From Octopus bimaculoides (taxonomy: Eukaryota), in NCBI RefSeq assembly GCF_001194135.2, contig NC_068981.1, positions 31,434,637 through 31,479,174 on the forward strand: a stretch of 44,538 bases of DNA, given 5' to 3'. How positions within the stretch are numbered: position 1 is the first letter of the stretch; every line of letters begins with the position of its first letter. The notes under the pieces were generated by a model. That model did not search any database. It saw only the letters and a program-made list of their open reading frames with translations, and was not told the DNA's origin. The translations under genes were made by a program, and so were the position numbers. Positions 1-12,139 of the stretch are shown piece by piece.

Positions 1-1310
1 TATATAAGATCCAATACAAGGAAAGTAGGTTCCTCCCTTGCGGATGAAAACATTCACATTTTCACTGGCTTAACTGTTTGATACGAAATTTAGTGAAGAA
101 AATATTTATAGTTCACATGGGCATAAATTAAATTTATAAAAATGCAAAGAAAATAGAGATATACAATTGTCAATTCAAAACTAAAAAATTCTTAACATAT
201 TATATTATATTATATTATATTATATTATATTGATATAATAATATAATATGATAAAATAAATAATAAGTATTAAATACAAGTTAAAATTGTTTCGATTTTT
301 ATAAAATTATAAAAATCCATGTTCGTAGGTAAGAATCTCTACAGTGTAATGTTTGATATATGAGGAGTTGCACATCCAAGAAAAGACTGAATTCAAATAT
401 ATTTGTTTTCAAGCGTGAGCGCCAATAATTAGAAACTAAAACAAAGATAATACATAAAAAATAGAATATGAAAAATAAACTAATATAACTGTCATAAAAT
501 ATATTTGTATACGATTAAGAATTATATTTTAAATATATTTTAGAGAATTATGTTTTTTTTTTTAAATACCAGGAACAATATTTAAAAAAAAAGACATGGT
601 GAAATAAGAAATATACCTTTTATTAAAAAAATACATGTTATTATAATAACAATAGGCTATTTATCTACGAGTAAATAGCAAAATTATATATCTAAAATAC
701 TTTATCATCTCTAGTCAAATAGCAAATGATATGAATTACATTGCATCATTTATAATAATCATTACTAAATATCAAAGATTAATAATTAAAAATTACGTAG
801 TTTATATAAGAAAGAAACTTTCTAAGATATATTATCATAATAGCATAATTATCGTAGAAATTAGATAAACTCTGAATTAACCAGTTATCAGAAGAAAAAA
901 AAAATCATATAGTCTGCAGTTAAGAGCGGATCAATAAATCCGAAATGGATTCTCAGTCACTTCTGTGAATACCAGCTAACAGAATGTAAGTAGATGGTTT
1001 ACCTTAAAAAACGTCCATACAAACTGAAATTTCAGGGCTAATAAATCAGTCACAGAATATAATACAAGTCTAAGAGTGTAGTTTGTTGAATTACATACCA
1101 TTCTTTATTTAAATGCCTTTCAACACTACATGGAAAATACAATTCACGAATATAATTATTAATATGAATATGACTATGAATATAAATGAAATTATAATAT
1201 TACGACATGTTAATATAATGCTTTTGAAACTCTCTTAGAGGAAATGCACATAATCTACCTTGAAATGTTGTAGTAGTAGAAGTTCATTTACATTGATATT
1301 CATGTTAAAA

Positions 1311-1363
1311 TTTGTATTGATGACATATATATTCCATGTAGTGTCGAAACGCACGTAACTAAA
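1311..1363 (+). ncRNA. Degenerate hammerhead-ribozyme-like motif (probable Penelope-like element end remnant)
   Basis: TTGATGA (1317-1323; CUGAUGA with C3U), GACA...TGTC complementarity, GAAAC (1346-1350), GCAC, then GTA (1355-1357). Helix I (TTTGT/ACTAAA) pairs only with a bulge, and helix II overlaps the core. Confidence 0.3.
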
Positions 1364-1754
1364 GAATTAAATGTAGTACAATAAATTTCACTTTTTTGGC
1401 GTAATGACGATCGGGAACGTAAAATTGTGAGTAACAGCTTTAATAAAANNNNNNNNNNNNNNNNNNNNNNNNNNNNNNNNNNNNNNNNNNNNNNNNNNNN
1501 NNNNNNNNNNNNNNNNNNNNNNNNNNNNNNNNNNNNNNNNNNNNNNNNATATATATATGCAATTTGCATGTACTTATACATGCACACACATACACATACT
1601 CATACATATATAGAAACACTCTTTAGCATTTAACATTAGCCTATAGACGTAAGCGTTCCTTTTCATTTCTTATTGGGATAATTAAACTTGGCATCTGAGG
1701 TAACTCTCCAATAAGAATTAACAACTGTAAGTTTAATTACACCCTGATCAACGT

Positions 1755-1785
1755 GACTAGTTTCGCGCATTTTGGACTTCATCAG
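1755..1785 (-). ncRNA. Minimal hammerhead-ribozyme-like motif with a canonical catalytic core
   Basis: Minus strand reads CTGATGA-A-GTCC-AAAAT-GCGC-GAAA-C-TA-GTC. All conserved core nucleotides are present, helix III is the palindrome ACTAGT and the cleavage triplet is GUC. Helix II has one C-C mismatch and no helix I pairing is visible. Confidence 0.55.
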
Positions 1786-2731
1786 CAATATGTAAATATT
1801 TTGTCCACAGAGAGATTATTAGCTTATTGTTGTCTATAATGTCCCAAAACATGGACTGAATTAAAGTTGTGTGTCTACTGGCATTACACTTCATTGTCGA
1901 AAATGTGACTTTTTTGCATTTGTCAGCGAAACAAGATGGCGTTCAATTTTTTAAAAATGAATACATTTCATATGTCAAGTTATTAAAAGATACAATCACC
2001 GTTCTCGGTACTATTAATTAAGTAATAGATTAATTAATTAAACTAGATAGTCTCCCAAAGTTTTACTGGAACGCTATGCAAATTAGCCAGAACAGTTAGA
2101 TAGCAACCAAGTTTGTTTACTCCATGAATACGACGATAACTAGCCCGTAGATAGAAGTTCAATAGTGTTTTTCCTTTGAAAAGTGAGGGAAGACTACAAA
2201 CTTGTCAGACTCATAATTGTTCTGCTCAAGGAAAGCTAAAGTTTGTTGCATAAACAATTTAAATTTTACGGGGAATGCTTATTGCATGTGTATGAAAATA
2301 AAATATCTTGCGCCTCTTTCATTCTGTGTCTTGTTTCTCTCTCATATATATATATATATANNNNNNNNNNNNNNNNNNNNNNNNNNNNNNNNNNNNNNNN
2401 NNNNNNNNNNNNNNNNNNNNNNNNNNNNNNNNNNNNNNNNNNNNNNNNNNNNNNNNNNNNNNNNNNNNNNNNNNNNNNNNNNNNNNNNNNNNNNNNNNNN
2501 NNNNNNNNNNNNGAAAACGCCACTATATAAAATGAATTTCAATTTATAACTTTCTCAGAGATATTTTACATGTTTCGGTTCTTGAAAAACGAACCTTATC
2601 AAAAATAAATATTTTTAAAAAAATGTAATTAAAAGAAAAGTTCATAATTGTTTCTTACTGGTGTCAATATAGTCCACGTGGGAGCGTTTTCTGTGTGGGG
2701 ACATAATGGCTGTCTACACCTACACTTTTAT

Positions 2732-2780
<49 letters not shown>

Positions 2781-3926
2781 AATATAGATTTAATCAAAAG
2801 ATTAAATGTGGTACTTAAAATGTTTGAGGTACCAGAATTTGGTAGGATAAAAACCCAAAACAAAATCAAGAGATGTTTGCAAAAGATTTTAAATTCTTGT
2901 TTGATTCACTTGTCTGTGAAACAGCAGCATAGTCGCGATGGTATATTTTCTTCTCTTACTCTTGTTTTTTTGCAAACATCTTCAAAATGACTTTCTAAAA
3001 TGAAATTCCATTATGCAGCTGAGGGGTACATTTTCATTGTACATTCTGTGGTGTTCTCACTACATGAATAAATGAAGCTTGTACGAAACGTACGTACTGC
3101 TATAACCTATTGAATTTGTGTTGCTTATCTTCAAATTATATATATATATATATATATAGAAACGTCTACATTTTAGAAAAACCTATCTTGCTATTAAACA
3201 AGCGTCAAAATGTTTGGCCCAAGCAAGCACGCTTTATATAGTCATTATAAAAAAATCTGTCTCGATAGATACTCATTCGCATCCTCCCATACACACACGC
3301 GCGCGCATACTGACGAACATGCACACACAACCGGTATCTGCACTTCTGCGGCATCTACTGGAAATAACCTTAATACTTTTGTACAAAGTAAAGTATGCAT
3401 TAAGTTATGCAGTTGTATATACTCATAAATTGCTAGTTGATTGCTGCGGCTAGGCTGCTTTTCATCACACTTCTGTTTTGTTAAGTTTTCAGTTAGAGTT
3501 AAGCAGCTACACATACACGCATACACGCACACACATATACACGAGAACAGACCTATACACATACTCACACGCTCAGAGTTGCGTATGAGTACTGTTAAGC
3601 ACATACATATCAAACGATCTTACACACAGTCACTCATACTGAAATTACAAAAATCAGATAGACACATACAATGTATTTAGTTGTTTATAAAACGGTAGGC
3701 ACCTGTTTGATTCAGAGTTTTCATATTTTGGTATTAAATGAAGCCCTTCAAAAACTTCATGTTTACCTAAAGTAGACTGGGGGGTAAGATTAGTGAGCAT
3801 TAAGTAAAATGTGCTGAAAGCATTTCTAAAACCCCAGCTTTCAGTGTAGCAACGCTGCATATAATAAACACATACAACGGTATGTGCTGGTGAACGTGCG
3901 ATGTTGAATACATGGAATGATGGAGT

Positions 3927-3929
<3 letters not shown>

Positions 3930-4013
<84 letters not shown>

Positions 4014-4121
4014 AGAGTAGGGAAAGCAGATACTAATGACGAAAGAAAGACAGGGAGAGTTAGGCGTGAGAGTGAGAGTTTGAATTTGATAGAGGGAAAT
4101 GAAAGGTGAAGAGAAAGATAC

Positions 4122-4161
<40 letters not shown>

Positions 4162-4620
4162 GTGTTAAGAAGAGAGATACTGTGAAAGAGAGTGAGAAAG
4201 TCGGAGTGAGAGAGAGGGGGCAGAGAGAAGAAGAGATAGTGAGAGTGGGACAAACAGGTACTAATGGCGAAACAAATGTAGAGAGACTGAAGATTGAAAA
4301 TGATGTTTTGAATATGGAACAAGGAAATAAAAGACGAAGGAAGACAACGAAAGAGAGAGAGAGAGAGGGGGAAGAAGAGAGATGAAAGAGATTAGTGAGA
4401 GAGAAAAGGGGAGAAGAGGGAATAAGGAAGAGAAGACAGAGAGGGAAAGAGAGAGGAAGGTGAGGAGACACTTATAGGGAGCAATGGAGACTGTGGCTGA
4501 ACATGCGGAACTGAAATATAAAGGGCGGAGAAGAAGAAACAGAGTGAGAGGGGGAAGGACAGTGAGGGAGACGAGAGAGAATGAGAGAGAGGCAGTGAGA
4601 GAGTGAGAGAGATGAAGCGA
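3930..4620. repeat. (GA)n microsatellites and polypurine low-complexity tract
   Basis: Pure (GA)n at about 3932-4008 and 4127-4158, within a G/A-dominated stretch. Confidence 0.95.
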
Positions 4621-4679
4621 GTGATGGTCACACACAGAGGGCGCATAGGAATATTTTACTTTCGGTTTAATATAATTTA

Positions 4680-4810
4680 GGAAAATGGACAGCAGATTTG
4701 AGGAATAGTGATTCGTCGATTATCGATCACTGTGCTAGACTTGTACGTTATTTTATCGATCTCTTAGAGACAGAAAGCAAAGGTATCATCGGCAAATTTT
4801 GAACACACAA
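4680..4810 (-). mobile_element. Highly degenerate SINE family B fragment
   Basis: tacgttattttatcgatctcttagagacagaaagcaaaggtatcatcggcaaattttgaac resembles the minus-strand family B body seen at 32290-32370. Confidence 0.4.
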
Positions 4811-5240
4811 CGCTTAGAAGATTAAATAAACACCGTTATTATAAAAGCAAAAGTAAACGAAACTATAAAACGCAAAGAGTGGTTAATGTTGTCCTTTCAC
4901 ATTTTTCATATTTTATTTGGGGTTTTGTCAAAAGAGACAAAAGAAAAAAGAATCACGATTCATCACAATTAGTACACTTTCCATAAAAGGAAGTTACTCT
5001 GAGACCGGAGACCAATGCTTGCTTCAGAGCGGATTCCTTGACAGAAAACCGGAAGTCAATGTGGATGAGATAAAATGGGTGACAGATGTGAATCTGCCAG
5101 CCTAAATTATGAGCAGTATCATACAGATTCAGCAGCCGATTTTCTTTCTCACACAGTGATTGTCTACGTAAAAATATGTAGAAGGCATGATTGTTGTACG
5201 ATTCTGCGTATGTACATTTTGTGAATATATATATATATAT

Positions 5241-5478
5241 ACTAGTATTATAATCCGATTTCGTTCGGGTCTACTCAGGTCACATTTTAAAGATGAGGAC
5301 TTTGTCCTAGAGGCCACGCCTTTCAATTGAGTAAACTCAAAGTTGGTATGCAAACTCCCCAGGACTTTCAACATAGGTGTGCACATTTTCAGGTCAATCC
5401 GACCACATTTACTAACACTTTTGCTTACACAACTGCTTGTGAGACAACGTCTGCCCTTTTCACAAATATATAGTAGAT
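5241..5478 (+). mobile_element. Possible non-autonomous Helitron/Helentron-like (Lep1/DINE-type) element remnant
   Basis: Begins ACTAGTATTATAATCCGATTTCGTTCGGGT, resembling the ACTAG..CCCG..TTCGYTCGGGT start of such elements. Ends ATATATAGTAGAT. No coding capacity. Family assignment is from recall only. Confidence 0.35.
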
Positions 5479-5949
5479 ATGTACGTATTTCGTAACATAC
5501 GCATGCAGACACATATTTATATGTAAGCAGACGTTCCATTTTAGCAAATTTGGAGCACTCTTTCAAATATCATAACAGTCATTCTTCGTTAATTTCTTAA
5601 CAGTACTCTCAATTCTTTAGTATCGATAATTGAGAATCATGCAGTTTGTATGTGTATTTACCAGCTGCACGCAGAAGTGCGACGAAATTTTCGAGTTTAT
5701 TACAGATAGTAAAAAAGAACATGTAACAGATTTTAACGTTTGTTTAATAGCTAGGTAGATCCTTCTAAACTGAAGTCGTTTCTATTTCAAAATACAGATT
5801 CGAGCTAGGATACTTAGGAAAATTATTTGAATTACATGTATTTATACACACGCACATACATACACACAGAGACACACACACATGGAGGCAACATACACAC
5901 AGGCATGTCCGTATATATTTAAATGTATATATATATATATATCCATATA

Positions 5950-5973
5950 TGTGTGTTTGTGTTAGTGTGTGTT

Positions 5974-6054
<81 letters not shown>
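5950..6054. repeat. (GT)n microsatellite running into an assembly gap
   Basis: Direct reading; the N-run starts at 6055. Confidence 0.95.
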
Positions 6055-7085
6055 NNNNNNNNNNNNNNNNNNNNNNNNNNNNNNNNNNNNNNNNNNNNNN
6101 NNNNNNNNNNNNNNNNNNNNNNNNNNNNNNNNNNNNNNNNNNNNNNNNNNNNNNNNNNNNNNNNNNNNNNNNNNNNNNNNNNNNNNNNNNNNNNNNNNNN
6201 NNNNNNNNNNNNNNNNNNNNNNNNNNNNNNNNNNNNNNNNNNNNNNNNNNNNNNNNNNNNNNNNNNNNNNNNNNNNNNNNNNNNNNNNNNNNNNNNNNNN
6301 NNNNNNNNNNNNNNNNNNNNNNNNNNNNNNNNNNNNNNNNNNNNNNNNNNNNNNNNNNNNNNNNNNNNNNNNNNNNNNNNNNNNNNNNNNNNNNNNNNNN
6401 NNNNNNNNNNNNNNNNNNNNNNNNNNNNNNNNNNNNNNNNNNNNNNNNNNNNNNNNNNNNNNNNNNNNNNNNNNNNNNNNNNNNNNNNNNNNNNNNNNNN
6501 NNNNNNNNNNNNNNNNNNNNNNNNNNNNNNNNNNNNNNNNNNNNNNNNNNNNNNNNNNNNNNNNNNNNNNNNNNNNNNNNNNNNNNNNNNNNNNNNNNNN
6601 NNNNNNNNNNNNNNNNNNNNNNNTATATATATATATATGTATAATATTTATATATTTGTATAAACATACACTTGCGTAGTGTGCATATATGTATGTATAT
6701 ATACATACACACACACATGTGCATACACTCGCGCGCAAGCAATAATATAAAATATGTGTATAGATGCACTCACACAATTTAACGTATATGTGTCTATAGA
6801 TATGTTATCCGTGCGCACGAGTGTATGACTGTTACAATACATCATTATAAAATAACAACCGAATCAATATATATCAAATTTTCCTAATTTTTCAACTTGG
6901 TGGTCAGTATAGGAACATAATGTTTGTCTAGTGTGGTGGCTGGAGGAGCTAATTCTGTTGATGGGAGGCGGTCGAGGTAGCTTATGTATGCGATAGAGTG
7001 ATAGCCTTACTGGTAGTAAGTACTGACGACTGCTGTTATCATTTGTATGTGTAGAAATATCATGTGGTAGAGGAAGTGGATGAGA

Positions 7086-7280
7086 TGGCGAGTTTAAAGA
7101 CGATAAAGTGAAGAGATCGTTATTAGCTACGATAATTTGAGTTCAAATACTATTGAGGTGGACTTTGCATTTCATCCTTTCGGGGTCTATAAATTAAAAA
7201 CCAGTTGAACCTGTGGAGGATGCAATCGTTTACCCCCTCCCCCGGACTGGCTGACCGTGTGCCAAAATCAGAAATAATTA
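7086..7280 (+). mobile_element. SINE family B copy (degenerate)
   Basis: tttgagttcaaatactattgaggtggactttgcatttcatcctttcggggtctataaattaaaaaccagtt matches the reverse complement of the 32221-32435 copy. Confidence 0.8.
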
Positions 7281-7297
7281 TATACGTTAATTCTGTG

Positions 7298-7575
7298 AGC
7301 CTACAGAATGGTTAGCATCTCGAACAAAATTCTTAGAGGCATCACTTCAGTGTTTTTCCGATCTGAGTTCGAATCCCGAATTAGAATTATTTACGATGAT
7401 AGATAACGCAAGGAGATTGGCTGAAACATTAGAGCGTCCGATGAAATGCTACGGGGCATTTGTTCCTAGTCAATGCAGATTTCGATTTGCATTTCCTCTT
7501 TCCAAGGTCAATAAAGATACACACACATACTGGCATCGAAGCGTCCCCCAAATTGTTCTCTTTGTGTCTAAATTA
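7298..7575 (+). mobile_element. Two further degenerate SINE family B pieces
   Basis: cagaatggttagcatctcgaacaaaattcttag...ctgagttcgaatcc and a second head (attagagcgtccgatgaaatgct...gatttgcatttcctctttcc). Confidence 0.5.
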
Positions 7576-7715
7576 CAACTTATCATTCAGGATAGAGGGG
7601 TTTCTACTGATGTTGAGTGGTGAAGATGTTGCTACGGATGATGAGGACGATGATGTTATACACACACATACATGCTTGATCACTACATCCAGACGTTTTT
7701 TAAAAATTCTCTCTC

Positions 7716-7862
7716 TGTTTATTTTCTCTTATTCCTTTCCGTTGAAGAGCGTAGGCTCGAAACGTAAAAGACATTCTTACTTTCCCGACCGTCAAACGAA
7801 TACACCTGCTTGTTGTTGATACGCCTGTCTTCATCTTTCTTTCGTTTTTCTGTAAATTTCAT
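7716..7862 (+). mobile_element. Short dispersed repeat carrying a hammerhead-like motif (probable Penelope-like terminal repeat), copy 1
   Basis: About 150 bp homologous to 13741-13895 (shared gaagagcgtaggctcgaaa ... aatacacctgcttgttg ... cctgtcttc). Confidence 0.7.
7735..7770 (+). ncRNA. Minimal type I hammerhead-like motif with a non-canonical core (CCGUUGA-A)
   Basis: Helix I CTTT (7735-38)/AAAG (7767-70); core CCGTTGA plus an extra A; helix II GAGC-gtag-GCTC; GAAA; palindromic helix III AC/GT; cleavage triplet GUA. Confidence 0.6.
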
Positions 7863-8012
7863 CTACATATATATGTAATTATATCCGCCATGTTTGTTTT
7901 CGTTCGGTTTCCTTGTATGTCTCTACTGTCCTGTTTATGTTCCCAAATTTGACCCTCTCTAAATCCCAAATTTTATTTAGGAATTTATGGGAGGTACTGT
8001 TTTTGAACACTC

Positions 8013-8184
8013 ATATTTTCGTTGAATGCTCGAAATGAGGAGTAGGTAGACAGCCGACAACTGATGAAGGACCGTTCTATGTGTTACTTTTCCTGTTTTC
8101 TATTTGTTTCTCTCGTTGTTTGGTACTTAACTCGTTTGTTTTATTACTTCATGTTGTTTGCACAGTTGGTGACGTCCTGTACCC
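8013..8184 (+). mobile_element. Second short repeat family (probable Penelope-like end), copy 1
   Basis: YTCGAAAY...CTGATGAAGGA..TTCTATGTG...GTACCC followed by an AT microsatellite; same layout as 19462-19609 on the minus strand. Confidence 0.55.
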
Positions 8185-9050
8185 ATATATATATATATAT
8201 GTTTATATATATATATATATATATATATATNNNNNNNNNNNNNNNNNNNNNNNNNNNNNNNNNNNNNNNNNNNNNNNNNNNNNNNNNNNNNNNNNNNNNN
8301 NNNNNNNNNNNNNNNNNNNNNNNNNNNNNNNNNNNNNNNNNNNNNNNNNNNNNNNNNNNNNNNNNNNNNNNNNNNNNNNNNNNNNNNNNNNNNNNNNNNN
8401 NNNNNNNNNNNNNNNNNNNNNNNNNNNNNNNNNNNNNNNNNNNNNNNNNNNNNNNNNNNNNNNNNNNNNNNNNNNNNNNNNNNNNNATATATATATATAT
8501 ATATATAATTCATATTATTTAATTGAACGCCTCACATCCATTTCCAAGTAAGTTTATATATATATATGTATATACATATATATAGAGTCATTTACGTTAT
8601 GATTGGAATGTTTCCTTAGCACATCAGAATGTGAAGTTAGTATAAACAAGTATGAAATTCAAATTCAACTTGCAGAAATTAGCTTCTTTATTGTATTAGA
8701 AATAGATACCTCGCAAATATAATTAAACAAAATATTTATTTGTATCAATATTATCATAATGTTCATTAATGTAAGTTGAATTTAAATTATTTCATTACCG
8801 TCAGTTAGCGAAGTTTTATTTCTCAAGTTTTTTTTTTTACAAGCATAAGAACACTTACAAACTTTACAATATGTTTGGTCGTTATTTTTTACTCTTAGCC
8901 AATATGCTTCCACTGCTTGCATCTAAGCATTAATTTCTGTTAGAGCTTCTATCAAATTTGCTTTCCGCTGATTACAGCATCGTACCCGACAATTTACTGC
9001 TACGTTTACTAGATATATGTAGAAGTATCTGATGCAAATCGATATATTTC

Positions 9051-9248
9051 ATAGAGAAAGAGCCGGTTTCTAACCTAGATCCAAGGCTCGATTCATTGGA
9101 ATTTCAACATCATCAACGAGGTATTTTTGTATGTAACGTATATGTGCAGATTCGTTTGTTTCGTTTTAGTTGTGAATCCTCATGCATATAGTTGCATATC
9201 TAGACATGCTCATATATACTTAAATGATAAACTACTGGAAAGTTTTAC
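9051..9248 (+). repeat. Unclassified dispersed repeat, copy 1
   Basis: atagagaaag..ctaacctagatc..ttcattggaatttcaacatca..tctagacatgctcatatata..aaatgataaact recurs at 15899-16145. Confidence 0.85.
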
Positions 9249-9420
9249 GTATGTATGTATGTACGTATGTATGTATGTATGTATGCATGTATGTACGTAT
9301 ATATGTATGTATATGTGTATGTATGTATCTGTGTATGGATGTATGTGTGTGTGTTTCTGTAAGTACGTGTATGCATGCATATATGTATGTATGTATGTAT
9401 GTCTTTATGTATGTACCTCA

Positions 9421-9590
9421 AGGTCACGAGTTGGCTGAATCTTTAGCTGGGTTTTTACGCTCTGAGTTCAAATCCCGCTAACGTTAATGTTGTCTTTCAT
9501 CACTCCATGATCGATAAAATAAAGTATTGAGGTCGCTATAATCAACTCTCCTCCATCTCTCAAAATTGCTGGTTTCGAACTCTGCAACGG
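9421..9590 (+). mobile_element. SINE family B copy (degenerate, internally deleted)
   Basis: aaggtcacgagttggctgaatc...tttacgctctgagttcaaatcccgc...tttcatcactcc...gatcgataaaataaagtattgaggtcg. Confidence 0.7.
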
Positions 9591-9912
9591 ATCGGCATTC
9601 TGACCGTGCAGAATATTGTGATTTCGTTCACTTAAACGCCATGGAAACCAGGTAAGCCATCTTACAAGACCTGTAGCTAGAGGGGGCAAAAGTATATTTA
9701 CCTTACTATGTATGACATCATTTTTGGGTCGCCATGATAGTAAATACCATATAACCACGACCACAAGCACTGTTCTAACCAAGACAACCACCACTACTTA
9801 ATGTGTGATACTAAAATAATATTTCATTATAAAGGCAATACTCTACAACAGGTTAGGTATATGGTCCATCAGTCCATAAGTTTCTCTGTTGTCTTCTTTG
9901 GTGCATTCAGCA

Positions 9913-10090
9913 TCCATCACCGGCTTGTCATACCTGTCGCACTCCATTGCTCATTTTGCTATGTGAATAGACCAGAGCAACATAAAATGAAGTATTTTGC
10001 TCAAGAACTCCACACATCGCCCGGACCAAGAATCGAAATCACAATCGTACGATGATGGGTTCAACACCACAAGCTGTTAAGTCATGCGCC
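9913..10090 (-). mobile_element. tRNA-derived SINE family C copy
   Basis: Homologous to 30227-30464 (agcaacataaaatgaagtattttgctcaagaac..cgcccggaccaagaatcgaaatcacaatc). B-box-like GATTTCGATTC on the minus strand. Confidence 0.75.
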
Positions 10091-10113
10091 TCCCTAATAT
10101 TTCTTTACGATTT

Positions 10114-10275
10114 AAGGTGGTGAGCTGGCAGAATCGTTCACACGCCGGGCAAAATAGTTAGCGTTATTTCATACCAGTATGGGCTAGGATAAGTACCAGT
10201 TGTGGACTGGGGTCGATGTTATCGGTTTACTCTGTTCGCGGAAATTACTAGACTTGTGCCCAATTTTGAAGCCAA
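10114..10275 (+). mobile_element. SINE family B copy with internal deletion
   Basis: aaggtggtgagctggcagaatcgttcacacgccgggcaaaat...ataagtaccagttgtggactggggtcgatgttatcg. Confidence 0.85.
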
Positions 10276-10580
10276 AATTTCTTTTTGATTACGCAGATTA
10301 CTTTCTAATTTTCAAAAATGTCGAAGAGGAAATCGGAGGACATAAGCTTTATGCTCTTCTTTAAGATAATTAAATTGCATAAATAAAATGAAAAACCACA
10401 AATAAATAGAGGTTTCCATACATGTACCAACATTGCAATGATATACTGAACTAGTCGTGAGCTTAAGTGTAGTCCTATATAGCGCGTCCGTCCTCTCCCG
10501 CCATTAAATATGTGATGTAATAATGAAATTAATTTCAGGTTACTTAAGCATGTAATAAACAATTCTATTTAAGTGAAGTT

Positions 10581-10618
10581 ACAGAGAAGTGGAAGGATTA
10601 GGAGGGAGAAGATATAGA

Positions 10619-10662
<44 letters not shown>

Positions 10663-12074
10663 GGGGGGGGAGAAAGTGAGTGAAGAGGATAAGAGCAGGA
10701 AAGACAGGAGAAAAGAGAGAGTGAAAGACGGATGGAGGGAGAGACAGGGAGAGATAGTGAAGGAGAGAATTAAAGACGGGATGTTGATGGTGATGGTGGG
10801 TGGTGGTAGGTTGAGAAGGAAAGGAAGCTTTAAGAAAAACAAGTCGAATATATTAAATAATAGAAGTTCATAGAGAGACACGTGNNNNNNNNNNNNNNNN
10901 NNNNNNNNNNNNNNNNNNNNNNNNNNNNNNNNNNNNNNNNNNNNNNNNNNNNNNNNNNNNNNNNNNNNNNNNNNNNNNNNNNNNNNNNNNNNNNNNNNNN
11001 NNNNNNNNNNNNNNNNNNNNNNNNNNNNNNNNNNNNNNNNNNNNNNNNNNNNNNNNNNNNNNNNNNNNNNNNNNNNNNNNNNNNNNNNNNNNNNNNNNNN
11101 NNNNNNNNNNNNNNNNNNNNNNNNNNNNNNNNNNNNNNNNNNNNNNNNNNNNNNNNNNNNNNNNNNNNNNNNNNNNNNNNNNNNNNNNNNNNNNNNNNNN
11201 NNNNNNNNNNNNNNNNNNNNNNNNNNNNNNNNNNNNNNNNNNNNNNNNNNNNNNNNNNNNNNNNNNNNNNNNNNNNNNNNNNNNNNNNNNNNNNNNNNNN
11301 NNNNNNNNNNNNNNNNNNNNNNNNNNNNNNNNNNNNNNNNNNNNNNNNNNNNNNNNNNNNNNNNNNNNNNNNNNNNNNNNNNNNNNNNNNNNNNNNNNNN
11401 NNNNNNNNNNNNNNNNNNNNNNNNNNNNNNNNNNNNNNNNNNNNNNNNNNNNNNNNNNNNNNTGATAGAGAAACTTGATAAGTGGGTATGAGAAGGTGAG
11501 AGAGAATGGGAAAGATGGGGGGGGGTTGTGACCGAAGAGAGAAAGCGAGAGAGAGAGGGGGTAAAGAGAGGGAATGAAATATGGATAAACTTGAGACAGG
11601 GGATCAGGGGATAAAGGGTGGATAAAAGAAAGAGTTGAAAAGAGGACGAGAAAGGAGAATAACAGAGAGAGAGAGCGAAAGAGAGAGAGAGCGAGAGTGA
11701 GAGAGAGAGACAAAGAGAGAGAGAGTGAGAGGGGTTGAAGAAGAAAAGATTGAGAGGGGAAATAAGATAGCATGGCGGAGGGGTTATGTGAGTGAGAGAG
11801 AGGGAAGTTAACAGAGAATGGGATTTACGAGAGAGAGAATGGGGTTGAAAAGAGAGAGGGAGTTTAAGAGAGGGAGAGAGGGATAGAGTGAGAGAGAGAG
11901 AGAGAGAGAGGGGGTTACAAGCTGTTTTAGAGAGTGCGAAATGATTTAGAGAAGGGTGTAAGAAAGAGGAGTAATTTAGAGAGAATATAGGCTTAAAAAG
12001 AGAGTAAGTGTTGAGGGAGAGAGGTAGAAGGGCTTAAGTAAGGAAAACGCTATTAAGAAAGAAAAAGGCTAAGA

Positions 12075-12135
<61 letters not shown>
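10581..12135. repeat. Polypurine (GA-rich) low-complexity tract interrupted by a gap
   Basis: Direct reading; N-run at 10885-11462. Confidence 0.9.
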
Positions 12136-12137
<2 letters not shown>

Positions 12138-12139
12138 GG

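Noticed and set aside
920-985. Possible 66-nt plus-strand exon ending at a strong GTAAGT donor (KSGSINPKWILSHFCEYQLTE)
   Set aside because: The acceptor lacks a polypyrimidine tract and the peptide is not recognisable
1003-1023. Possible 21-nt minus-strand micro-exon (tttcag|TTTGTATGGACGTTTTTTAAG|gtaaac, FVWTFFK)
   Set aside because: The splice signals are plausible, but such short matches arise by chance in AT-rich DNA and no neighbouring exons were found. Spliced RNA-seq reads would be needed.
3654-4646. 200+ aa Leu/Ser-rich minus-strand ORFs
   Set aside because: Translations of (CT)n/polypyrimidine sequence, with no domain or splice evidence
5048-5056. Perfect ETS motif ACCGGAAGT; also a YY1-like CAAGATGGCG at 1932-1941
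   Set aside because: Single short motifs without CpG-rich context or other promoter evidence; compatible with chance in 44 kb
5765-6777. Long ORFs in the track (here and at 10868-11773, 13848-14889, 28180-29145, 36282-36899, 40509-41196)
   Set aside because: They are open only because N-runs and dinucleotide repeats contain no stop codons; they are artefacts
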